Shown here: positions 9,201 through 16,412 of the stretch, in pieces
How the letters are laid out: every line of letters begins with the position of its first letter
Numbering within the stretch: the first letter of the stretch is position 1
Origin: Candidatus Nitrosoabyssus spongiisocia
Lineage (GTDB): Archaea; Thermoproteota; Nitrososphaeria; Nitrososphaerales; Nitrosopumilaceae
DNA length: 27,272 bases
Assembly: GCA_033471095.1 (NCBI GenBank)
Contig: CP136752.1
Coordinates: 1,183,994-1,211,265 of the forward strand
Direction: 5' to 3'
Program-made: the position numbers and the translations under genes
Notes under the pieces: generated by a model
What the model was told of the DNA's origin: nothing
What the model saw: only the letters and a program-made list of their open reading frames with translations
Databases searched by the model: none

Positions 9201-11020
9201 GTAATCACACTGAATGGTGCTAGTATAATAACACTAAACACAAACTCTACATATATTGAGCAAAACGCCACTACTGATGATGGCTCTCCTATAGTTATTC
9301 GTGGTGACACTGTAGATACAGATACTGAAGGCACTTACACCATCACATATCACTCTACTGATTCAGCAGGAAATAATGCCACCCAAGTTGTTAGAACTGT
9401 AATAATTTCTGATGCACCAGATGATACTCCCCCAGTAATCACACTAATTGGTAATGCTACTGTTTATGTAGAACTTGACTCATCCTACTCTGAGCAAAAC
9501 GCCACTACTGATGATAACTCTCCAGTAACAATTGGTGGTGACACTGTAAATTCATCTCTCGTGGGAAATTATACCGTCACCTATGACTCTGTTGATTCAG
9601 CAGGAAATAATGCCACCCAAGTGAATAGGCTTGTAATTGTTAGTGACACTATTCCCCCAGTAATCACACTGAATGGTGCTAGTATAATAACACTAAACAC
9701 AAACTCTACATATAATGAGCAAAACGCCACTACTGATGATGACTCTCCAGTAACAATTGGTGGTGACACTGTAAATTCATCTCTCATGGGAAATTATACC
9801 GTCACCTATGACTCTGTTGATTCAGCAGGAAATAATGCCACCCAAGTTGTTAGAACTGTGATAATTTCTGATACACCAGATAATACTCCCCCAGTAATCA
9901 CACTAATTGGTAATGCTACTGTTTATGTAGAACTTGACTCATCCTACTCTGAGCAAAACGCCACTACTGATGATGGTTCTCTAGTAACAATTGGTGGTGA
10001 CACTGTAAATTCATCTCTCGTGGGAAATTATACCGTCACCTATGACTCTGTTGATTCAGCAGGAAATAATGCCACCCAAGTGAATAGGCTTGTAATTGTT
10101 AGTGACACTATTCCCCCAGTAATCACACTGAATGGCAATAGTACCATAACACTATTTGTTGGCGCTACATATAATGAGCAAAACGCCACTACTGATGATG
10201 GCTCTCCTATCGTTATTCGTGGTGACACTGTAGATACAGATACTGAAGGCAATTACACCATCACATACCACTCTACTGATTCATCAGGAAATAATGCCAC
10301 CCAAGTTGTTAGAACTGTGATAATTTCTGATGCACCAGATAATACTCCCCCAGTAATCACACTAATTGGTAATGCTACTGTTTATGTAGAACTTGACTCA
10401 TCCTACTCTGAGCAAAACGCCACTACTGATGATGGTTCTCTAGTAACAATTGGTGGTGACACTGTAAATTCATCTCTCGTGGGAAATTATACCGTCACCT
10501 ATGACTCTACTGATTCAGCAGGAAATAATGCCACCCAAGTGAATAGGCTTGTAATTGTTAGTGACACTACTCCCCCAGTAATCACACTGAATGGCAATAG
10601 TACCATAACACTATTTGTTGGCGCTACATATAATGAGCAAAACGCCACTACTGATGATGGCTCTCCTATCGTTATTCGTGGTGACACTGTAGATGCAAAT
10701 ACTGAAGGCAATTACACCATCACATACCACTCTACTGATTCAGCAGGAAATAATGCCACCCAAGTTGTTAGAACTGTAATAATTTCTGATGCACCAGATG
10801 ATACTTCCCCAGTAATCACACTAATTGGTAATGCTACTGTTTATGTAGAACTTGACTCATCCTACTCTGAGCAAAACGCCACTACTGATGATGGCTCTCC
10901 AGTAACAATTGGTGGTGACACTGTAAATTCATCTCTCGTGGGAAATTATACCGTCACCTATGACTCTACTGATTCAGCAGGAAATAATGCCACCCAAGTG
11001 AATAGGCTTGTAATTGTTCG
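5980..11020 (+). repeat. Array of 22 Ig-like domain repeats, about 229.5 bp each, organised as near-identical 918-bp higher-order units (A-B-A-C unit order).
   Basis: Antisense shadow ORFs recur at 6367/7286/8204/9122 and at 6827/7745/8663/9581, a period of 918-919 nt, with identical or near-identical translations. Three unit types are distinguished by LIGNATVYVELDS (A), LNGASIITLNTNSTY (B) and LNGNSTITLFVGATY (C). Confidence 0.92.
6260..6739 (+). CDS. Fragment 5 (frame 2): two DUF5011/HYR-like Ig domains.
   Basis: SYSEQNATTDDGSLVTIGGDTVNSSLVGNYTVTYDSVDSAGNNATQVNRLVIVSD and TPPVITLNG... are the same repeat units as in fragment 6. It is terminated by the same CATTCC lesion at 6728/6729. Confidence 0.75.
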   Translation: MTHSYSEQNATTDDGSLVTIGGDTVNSSLVGNYTVTYDSVDSAGNNATQVNRLVIVSDTTPPVITLNGASIITLNTNSTYIEQNATTDDGSPIVIRGDTVDTDTEGTYTITYHSTDSAGNNATQVVRTVIISDAPDDTPPVITLIGNATVYVELDSFLL

Positions 11021-12956
11021 TGACACTATTGCCCCAACAGTCGTTGGTACTCCAGTATATGATGCTCAAACACACACTCTATCCATTACATTTAGTGAAA
11101 ATGTAAGTATAACTAATCCATCACAATTGCTTATAGGATTCGTTTTCCCTTCTAATATTAATTATACAAACAATCCTACTCTGGTTCTAACTTTTAACAG
11201 CACAGTCACCGAATCTATATTTAACGTTTTTATCGGGTCGGCTGGTGGTACTCGGGTGACTATTAACGCAAATTCAATTGTAGATACCGCAAATAATGGC
11301 ATACTTACTAATAACCCATCATTCAGCGTCCAAAATAACATTCCATCAGGCGATCAGGTATTATCTCCTGCCACTATTCATGTGGACGCACCATTAATTC
11401 TCACACCTGAACATCAAAATGTTATTATCAATTATACCGCTACTACTTTAAATACTACTAATATCACTGCAGGATTAAGTGCCAAACTTGTATCTACTAA
11501 TGTCATTACAGTCATGATACCTACTAGTACTATTATTACTCATGATGGTACTTGGGATTCGCAATTCCTTGCACCACGTACTGCTACTATTACTATACCC
11601 TCTACAACTGTAGGTCAGACTACTACTAGTCATGTAACGATTACAGCTATAACTTTGGGAGATGTAACAATTGATCTCAACCTAGGTGATACAGTTGCGT
11701 CTATTGTATTTGAAAATCAAGGTGGAAATAATCATAATATATATTATGTAAATACTATTGGCTCTACACCAACCCAGATATTATCCTGTGGTACTAGTAA
11801 TATCACAGAAATTAATACTCTTTTAACCACTACTTCCACAAACGAATGTTTTGTAGATGACAACACTCATGTAGCAATTTACACCACACACCTATCCACC
11901 TTTGCTCTAACATCTTCCACCGGTGCCACTAGTATTCAAGTACCTGCATCTATTCCATTTACTAGTAGTGGTGGTGGCAGTAGCTCAGGAGGAGGCGGCG
12001 GCGCAGGTCGTATATTCACTGGTGGTCAAGCTCCAATAATTGCAGAGGCTATTATTCACAAAATATCTTGGGAAGTAGCTGATGATAAAAAACTAGTTGA
12101 AATTATTGCTAGCCCATCATCTGATGATGCTTTTGTTACTATTAGTAGTTCCAAACTAGGGGTAATTGCAACTCAACTCTCCCTAACACAGCCCTACTCT
12201 GATAGAGTCGTCTATTTGGGTCTAGTGTCTTCTGATGAACGCTTTGTATCTGTAAAGGCTAGTGTATACTCTGATACTTTCTTTACAAGTGAACAAAAAT
12301 TAGTAGATGTTTCTCAACCCACAGGGTCCATCACTTTTGATTCTACATTACCTGTTGCATCTACCGGTACCATGAAGGATGATAAAACCATAATGGACGA
12401 TAAAACCATAGTGGATAATGATACCATGATGGATGATGATACTATGATGGACAATAAAACCATAATGGACAATAAAACCATAATGGACAATAAAACCATA
12501 ATGGACAATAAAACCATAAAGGATGATAAAACCATGAAGGATGATGACTCTACTACTACCACTACTGAAGGTGGTTGTCTAATCGCAACAGCAGTATATG
12601 GAACTGAGCTTTCACAACAAGTACAAATGCTCAGAGAGATACGTGATACAACTTTAATGACTAGTCTACCTGGAATATCATTTATAACATCATTCAACCA
12701 AATCTATTACACCTTTTCACCTGTAATTGCAGATGCTGAGCGTGAAAACCCTCTACTGCGTGAAATAATTCAGACTATTCTATATCCTCTACTCTCTAGT
12801 GTCTCTATAATGACGATGGCAGATGACTCGGAGAATAGTGTGTTGGCTTTGGGATTACTTGTAATTGCTATCAACTTGCTAATTTATGTTGGTCTACCAA
12901 CATTGGCATTTGTTTATCTACATAAAAAAATTAAATCTGTCAAACTCGTATCTTAA
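6720..12956 (+). CDS. Fragment 6 (frame 3, 2078 aa): about 18 DUF5011/HYR-like Ig domains, a unique beta-rich region, a Gly run, hexapeptide repeats, and a C-terminal CLIATAVYG-type module with a TM anchor.
   Basis: It is a long uninterrupted ORF. The repeated pattern D.TPPVITL.G......y.EQNATTDD.SP..I.GDTV.....G.YT.TY.S.DSAGNNATQV.R.VI.SD fits the DUF5011/HYR Ig-like signature. The C-terminus reads TTTTTEGGCLIATAVYGTELSQQVQMLREIRD...LALGLLVIAINLLIYVGLPTLAFVYLHKKIK. Confidence 0.9.
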   Translation: MTHSYSEQNATTDDNSPVTIGGDTVNSSLVGNYTVTYDSVDSAGNNATQVNRLVIVSDTIPPVITLNGNSTITLFVGATYNEQNATTDDNSPVTIGGDTVNSSLKGNYTVTYNSVDSAGNNATQVVRTVIISDALDDTPPVITLIGNATVYVELDSSYSEQNATTDDDSPVTIGGDTVNSSLVGNYTVTYDSVDSAGNNATQVNRLVIVSDTTPPVITLNGASIITLNTNSTYIEQNATTDDGSPIVIRGDTVDTDTEDTYTITYHSTDSAGNNATQVVRTVIISDAPDDTPPVITLIGNATVYVELDSSYSEQNATTDDGSLVTIGGDTVNSSLVGNYTVTYDSVDSAGNNATQVNRLVIVSDTIPPVITLNGNSTITLFVGATYNEQNATTDDNSPVTIGGDTVNSSLKGNYTVTYNSVDSAGNNATQVVRTVIISDALDDTPPVITLIGNATVYVELDSSYSEQNATTDDNSPVTIGGDTVNSSLVGNYTVTYDSVDSAGNSATQVNRLVIVSDTTPPVITLNGASIITLNTNSTYIEQNATTDDGSPIVIRGDTVDTDTEDTYTITYHSTDSAGNNATQVVRTVIISDAPDDTPPVITLIGNATVYVELDSSYSEQNATTDDGSLVTIGGDTVNSSLVGNYTVTYDSVDSAGNNATQVNRLVIVSDTIPPVITLNGNSTITLFVGATYNEQNATTDDNSPVTIGGDTVNSSLKGNYTVTYNSVDSAGNNATQVVRTVIISDALDDTPPVITLIGNATVYVELDSSYSEQNATTDDNSPVTIGGDTVNSSLVGNYTVTYDSVDSAGNNATQVNRLVIVSDTTPPVITLNGASIITLNTNSTYIEQNATTDDGSPIVIRGDTVDTDTEGTYTITYHSTDSAGNNATQVVRTVIISDAPDDTPPVITLIGNATVYVELDSSYSEQNATTDDNSPVTIGGDTVNSSLVGNYTVTYDSVDSAGNNATQVNRLVIVSDTIPPVITLNGASIITLNTNSTYNEQNATTDDDSPVTIGGDTVNSSLMGNYTVTYDSVDSAGNNATQVVRTVIISDTPDNTPPVITLIGNATVYVELDSSYSEQNATTDDGSLVTIGGDTVNSSLVGNYTVTYDSVDSAGNNATQVNRLVIVSDTIPPVITLNGNSTITLFVGATYNEQNATTDDGSPIVIRGDTVDTDTEGNYTITYHSTDSSGNNATQVVRTVIISDAPDNTPPVITLIGNATVYVELDSSYSEQNATTDDGSLVTIGGDTVNSSLVGNYTVTYDSTDSAGNNATQVNRLVIVSDTTPPVITLNGNSTITLFVGATYNEQNATTDDGSPIVIRGDTVDANTEGNYTITYHSTDSAGNNATQVVRTVIISDAPDDTSPVITLIGNATVYVELDSSYSEQNATTDDGSPVTIGGDTVNSSLVGNYTVTYDSTDSAGNNATQVNRLVIVRDTIAPTVVGTPVYDAQTHTLSITFSENVSITNPSQLLIGFVFPSNINYTNNPTLVLTFNSTVTESIFNVFIGSAGGTRVTINANSIVDTANNGILTNNPSFSVQNNIPSGDQVLSPATIHVDAPLILTPEHQNVIINYTATTLNTTNITAGLSAKLVSTNVITVMIPTSTIITHDGTWDSQFLAPRTATITIPSTTVGQTTTSHVTITAITLGDVTIDLNLGDTVASIVFENQGGNNHNIYYVNTIGSTPTQILSCGTSNITEINTLLTTTSTNECFVDDNTHVAIYTTHLSTFALTSSTGATSIQVPASIPFTSSGGGSSSGGGGGAGRIFTGGQAPIIAEAIIHKISWEVADDKKLVEIIASPSSDDAFVTISSSKLGVIATQLSLTQPYSDRVVYLGLVSSDERFVSVKASVYSDTFFTSEQKLVDVSQPTGSITFDSTLPVASTGTMKDDKTIMDDKTIVDNDTMMDDDTMMDNKTIMDNKTIMDNKTIMDNKTIKDDKTMKDDDSTTTTTEGGCLIATAVYGTELSQQVQMLREIRDTTLMTSLPGISFITSFNQIYYTFSPVIADAERENPLLREIIQTILYPLLSSVSIMTMADDSENSVLALGLLVIAINLLIYVGLPTLAFVYLHKKIKSVKLVS
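12372..12551 (+). repeat. 18-bp tandem repeat (10 units) encoding the hexapeptide [IM][MKV]D[DN][KD]T. Four consecutive perfect copies read ATGGACAATAAAACCATA.
   Basis: The translation reads MKDDKT IMDDKT IVDNDT MMDDDT MMDNKT IMDNKT IMDNKT IMDNKT IKDDKT MKDDDS, immediately before the TTTTTEGGC anchor module. Confidence 0.9.
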
Positions 12957-13035
12957 ATTCCTTACATAAAATCATTTCACTCAAACCTAATTTTGACCAC
13001 AATGATGTGATGGAAAAAAATTAAATATTTGATAT

Positions 13036-13224
13036 ATGCAATATGACGAATCTGATACTATTAATTTAAAAACTCAATCTGAGATATTTGCCGACTATTT
13101 ATGTGACATATCTGTAAAATCCACACCAAATAAACTTGGTACTAGTGGCAATGAGTTAATTGTTAATAATCATAGTAAAGGCTCTATTGCAAATTCGGAT
13201 GTTATTCATGGAGCGATACTATAA
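13036..13224 (+). CDS. Hypothetical 62-aa ORF (ORF evidence only).
   Basis: It has an ATG start and no recognisable motif, and it lies in the ORF-poor decayed zone. Confidence 0.2.
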   Translation: MQYDESDTINLKTQSEIFADYLCDISVKSTPNKLGTSGNELIVNNHSKGSIANSDVIHGAIL

Positions 13225-13238
13225 TCTCTATTTTAATT

Positions 13239-13430
13239 TTATTTCTTTTGATTCTTCTTGGATTTATCACTATTTCTTGTAATCAACATATATGAACCAT
13301 AAATTAATAATCCTGCTAGAAGAATATAAAATCCATATCTGCCAAGATAATGTGTAAAAGATAGATCTGTTTGATTGATATACGCAATCAAAATATTAAT
13401 CGTGAGATATACAATCAATAAAACATCCAT
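13239..13430 (-). CDS. Small membrane protein (63 aa, two predicted TM helices, Lys-rich tail).
   Basis: The hydrophobic stretches MDVLLIVYLTINILIAYI and FYILLAGLLIYGSYMLI are followed by RNSDKSKKNQKK. It has an ATG start. Confidence 0.45.
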   Translation of the reverse strand: MDVLLIVYLTINILIAYINQTDLSFTHYLGRYGFYILLAGLLIYGSYMLITRNSDKSKKNQKK

Positions 13431-13490
13431 GTTATTTTGTCTCCGTTTTTATCCAGTGTATAAAAAAGAATCTCAAATACATTTTATTCA

Positions 13491-14029
13491 CTACTTGTCA
13501 ATAATATCAGATATCTTATTTGCCAAATCACCGTATTTGTTATTATATGTTGAACGTTGTGTTAAAAGATCATCAAAATAATTACTCAAATGAGCATTAT
13601 GAGCATTGGTATCTTTTAAATAATTATTTTCTAATACGGTCATATACTGTAAAATTTCATCATAACGATCCCATTGATTATTTGTAGAGTATCTTGTCAA
13701 AAGAGTGTTTAATAGACTATATACTCTTCATTATACTCTGTGGTGATTTCAGCATATATCTTATTGAACTGTCTCAAAGTTTATCACGTTCTAAGGTTGC
13801 GACATTTGCGTAAGATTCTAACTGTATCAATTCATTGTTTAGTTTCTGTACTTCTTTCATCTTGTTTAATAATTCGACACTTTTGTCATAAAGACCAACA
13901 TATTCATTAATACTGGGAATATTTGAAATAGATAGTGTACCTCCTAGAGCAATTATATTTTTATTCCCTTTGAAGATGCCAATGCCTGATACAATCAAAC
14001 CGAATATGAATTGCCAAACCCTATCATAA
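13491..14029 (-). pseudogene. Possible decayed gene for an N-terminally membrane-anchored coiled-coil protein, split into at least 3 frames.
   Basis: Contiguous minus-strand pieces read MANELIMIGFGNSYSV / (L)IVSGIGIFKGNKNIIALGG...LERDKL (track 13774..13998) / LRQFNKIYAEITTEYNEEYIVY / LLNTLLTRYSTNNQWDRYDEIL... (track 13491..13700). There is no family assignment, and the joins are inferred only from adjacency and similar composition. Confidence 0.3.
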
Positions 14030-14084
14030 TCAATTCATTTGCCATATTATGTTAATTTTGTTTTTATCTTATTCCTATCTTTCA

Positions 14085-14357
14085 CTAAGAATTCCTACTC
14101 TTCAATCTGGCAATCCTTTTTTGTATCTGTTTGATCTCCTCATTGATCTCTACTTTTTGTCTCTCAGCATCTTTTTTCTGACCAACGAGTATCTTCAGTT
14201 GCATGCTATACGCCTTAATCATTGTAGTGTCATTAGCAGGACCACAATAATCATTCTTTACCCTTTGAGTATCTTTATCATAATGAGAAAGATAGATGTA
14301 TTTTTTCTTATTCTGTATCTTTTCCAATATTTGCATACTGGCTCTAATACGATTCAT
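14085..14357 (-). CDS. Hypothetical 90-aa protein with a C-terminal coiled coil.
   Basis: It has an ATG start. The segment KKKYIYLSHYDKDTQRVKNDYCGP resembles the N-terminal segment NSQFYYLKHATSTRQKEKYLGK of the Fic-like protein at 20387..21283. The K/E-rich tail reads QKKDAERQKVEINEEIKQIQKRIARLK. The overlapping plus-strand ORF 14049..14381 looks like its low-complexity shadow. Confidence 0.5.
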   Translation of the reverse strand: MNRIRASMQILEKIQNKKKYIYLSHYDKDTQRVKNDYCGPANDTTMIKAYSMQLKILVGQKKDAERQKVEINEEIKQIQKRIARLKSRNS

Positions 14358-14425
14358 ATTATAAGTCTATTATACAATTAGTTAATACCATAGATTCATA
14401 TAATAATATACTATTAATCCATAGT

Positions 14426-15510
14426 ATGAATCAACGTAAACAAAAAGCAAAAGTAATGATGCAAACAGTAGGCAACTTTGCACAAGTGGACACCAACAAA
14501 TTTGAAATAAAATCTCAAACAAATCCAAACAAACTATACAATGTAAGCAGAACAGGTCAAGGACTTGTGTGTGTGTGTGTAAAAATCACACAATTCGAAG
14601 AGCAGATTGCAAACATATACAATTAGTCAAATGTATAATGATTACAAATAGAGGATATACAAATAATAATTTTAGAATAATGGAATAGACTAGACTGAAT
14701 CTGTGTAAATACTGTAATTCAGGTAATATCAAAAAAGATGGTATGAGGAACAACAAACAAGGAAAAATACAACGATTCAAATGTTTATATTGTAATAAAC
14801 GCTTTACATCAAATTTTGAATTTGAGGGTAAACAATCTGATTCAAAAATAATTACAGGTGCATTACAAATGTACTATTCAGGTATGTCAGTTGGAGATAT
14901 TTCAACACATTATGAGTTTGATACTGATGTGAATCATTCTACTATGAATCGATGGATTGCCAAATACCCTGTAATGTTAACTAGATACCCAGATGAAATC
15001 ATACCACGTGTTGGCAATTGGGTTCGTGTTGATAAAGTATGAATAAAGGTGTCAGGTAAGCCAAAATATCTATTTGCATCTATGAATAATGACACTCGTT
15101 TTGAGTTAGCTAAAGACATGGCCGATACTAAATTTCAGCACAATGCAGATTATTTGTTGAAACTGACTAAATTGATTACTGGGAATAAAACACCCAAGTA
15201 TTTTATCACAGATGGATTACCATCATAGGGTAAATCGTCAAGAAGAGTATTTGGCAGAGAAACACAATATGATAAAATATGATGGAGCGTCTAAATGGTG
15301 AGATTTGTGATTGTAAGAAAGTGTTTAGAGGATTGAAGAGAAGATAGTCTGATTATTAATGGTGTGACAGTGTATTACAATTATGCCAAAAAGTATAGTG
15401 GTATTGACAATAAGAGACCATCTAAGAGAGCAAAGATAATTGTCAAGGGTCATAACAAGTGGAATACTTTGATACAGAGTGCAAGTTTGCATGATTATGA
15501 TACCATCTAA
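14426..15510 (+). mobile_element. Decayed IS6-family-like insertion sequence: a transposase pseudogene with SWIM-type and C4 zinc fingers plus a DDE domain.
   Basis: Pieced across frames, the SWIM finger reads ...LYNVSRTGQGLVCVC | KNHTIRRADCKHIQLVKC (CxC...CxH). The C4 finger reads CKYCNSGNIKKDG...FKCLYCNKRF. The DDE region reads WVRVDKV*IKVSGKPKYLFASMNNDTRFELAKDMADTKFQHNADYLLKL...KYFITDGLPS*, then MERLNGEICDCKKVFRGLKRR | DSLIINGVTVYYNYAKKYSGIDNKRPSKRAKIIVKGHNKWNTLIQSA. In-frame stops lie at 14686, 15040 and 15226, and there are at least 3 frame changes. Terminal inverted repeats were not identified, so the element ends are approximate. Confidence 0.75.
14566..14580. repeat. (TG)7 dinucleotide microsatellite inside the SWIM zinc-finger coding region of the IS remnant.
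   Basis: The sequence is cttGTGTGTGTGTGTGTaaaaatc. The reading frame of the SWIM finger changes from frame 2 to frame 1 exactly here. Confidence 0.9.
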
Positions 15511-16412
15511 TTTTTGGGGCAAAATTTTCAATTAAACCTTTCATTGCATTATGACATTTCTTCATATCCTTGTTAATAGAATCAGACTCTAATTGCTCAA
15601 TATTGTACTCACTACATTTATCATCATTCATATAGATTTTGTCATGTTTGCCACATAATTTTCTATTTAATTCTAACGTTGGATTTAATCTAAGTCGTTC
15701 AACATTAAACATACTCAAATAATGAAACATTTTACTGTGATTTATAATAAGATCAGCAAGGTGCTATTTATCAGATATATCCTAAAATTAATTCATCGCT
15801 CATTGGTCTTATCCCAATTAGGATAAAAACATAATAATTTCAATTTGTTAAAATTGTCAGTATAGACATCTAATTGCTTGAATATATCCTCATATTGTGA
15901 TGACACCTGTTCATTGTAGGTTATAGCAGTATCTTTCACTCCCTCAGTTGCCTGCTCATATTTATCACGAGATAAAGTTTGCTATTTTATAATAATAGAT
16001 TGGTAAAGTATCCTGTTTTCTTGTGATGATTAAGAAAATGTTTCATCCAGTAATCTTTTGTAATATCTTTTTTCTCAAAATGGAAATTACATAAATGTGC
16101 ACATTAGATGATTATTCATTGGATAAACATGCTAATGAAATTGCTGACTGATATTCAAATTTATCACATAGTATGTCGCTATGATTCGTTAAAGATTTTG
16201 CATATTTTGCACTATATCTAACACCATTCCATATATTTTTATGAGAAATATGGATTTTAGAATCATCGGGCATGATTATTTTTAAATAATTCATATATTT
16301 AGATCGGTAATGATGTTTTTAGTATTAAATTATTAGAACCATTAATAACACCCGAATTTGCAATAGAGCCTTGAATTATTACAGATATTAAGGGCAAAAC
16401 TGAATTTGATAT

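Larger units (their letters stand above)
1..12956 (+). pseudogene. Giant modular cell-surface protein locus (5' end outside the window). One ancestral reading frame of >4300 codons is now broken at six points, by true pseudogenisation or by assembly damage.
   Basis: Six consecutive same-strand ORFs abut or overlap. At every break the translated domain continues seamlessly in another frame when aligned to paralogous repeat copies within the locus. Only the last ORF has a C-terminal membrane anchor, and no ORF in the window has a signal peptide. Confidence 0.6.

Noticed and set aside
2664-10711. Many 61-70-aa minus-strand ORFs recurring at 1668-nt and 918-nt intervals (2664, 3030, 4332, 4698, 6367, 6827, 7286 ... 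10499).
   Set aside because: They are antisense shadows of the plus-strand repeat gene. They recur only because the sense repeats recur, are hydrophobic and low-complexity, and have no independent support.
5980-11020. Possibility that the regular repeats are a CRISPR array.
   Set aside because: The periods are 229.5/918 bp and fully coding. There is no short repeat alternating with unique spacers, and no cas genes in the window.
5980-11020. Diversity-generating retroelement acting on the variable loop (TTDD[NDG]S[PL]).
   Set aside because: There is no reverse transcriptase and no template/variable repeat pair. The differences are not restricted to adenine-templated positions; the variation fits ordinary repeat-subtype divergence.
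12314-12697. 127-aa minus-strand ORF across the hexapeptide repeat.
   Set aside because: It is the antisense shadow of the 18-bp coding repeat (it translates to repetitive MVLLSI...). The sense strand continues a 2078-aa ORF.
13001-13056. C/D-box sRNA-like spacing: AATGATGT at 13001 and CTGA at 13052.
   Set aside because: The C box is imperfect, no D' box is present, and there is no terminal stem complementarity (GACCAC versus TACTAT). It also overlaps the start of ORF 13036..13224.
14049-14381. 110-aa plus-strand ORF overlapping 14085..14357(-).
   Set aside because: Its translation is Leu/Phe/Ile-rich low-complexity sequence, typical of the complement of a Lys/Glu-rich coiled-coil gene. 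The minus-strand ORF has an ATG start and a plausible protein-like sequence.
16308-16402. ATGATGT ... CTGA pair upstream of rpl15e as a C/D sRNA.
   Set aside because: The boxes are about 90 nt apart, too long, with no internal C'/D' boxes or terminal stem. It is more likely the AT-rich promoter region of rpl15e.
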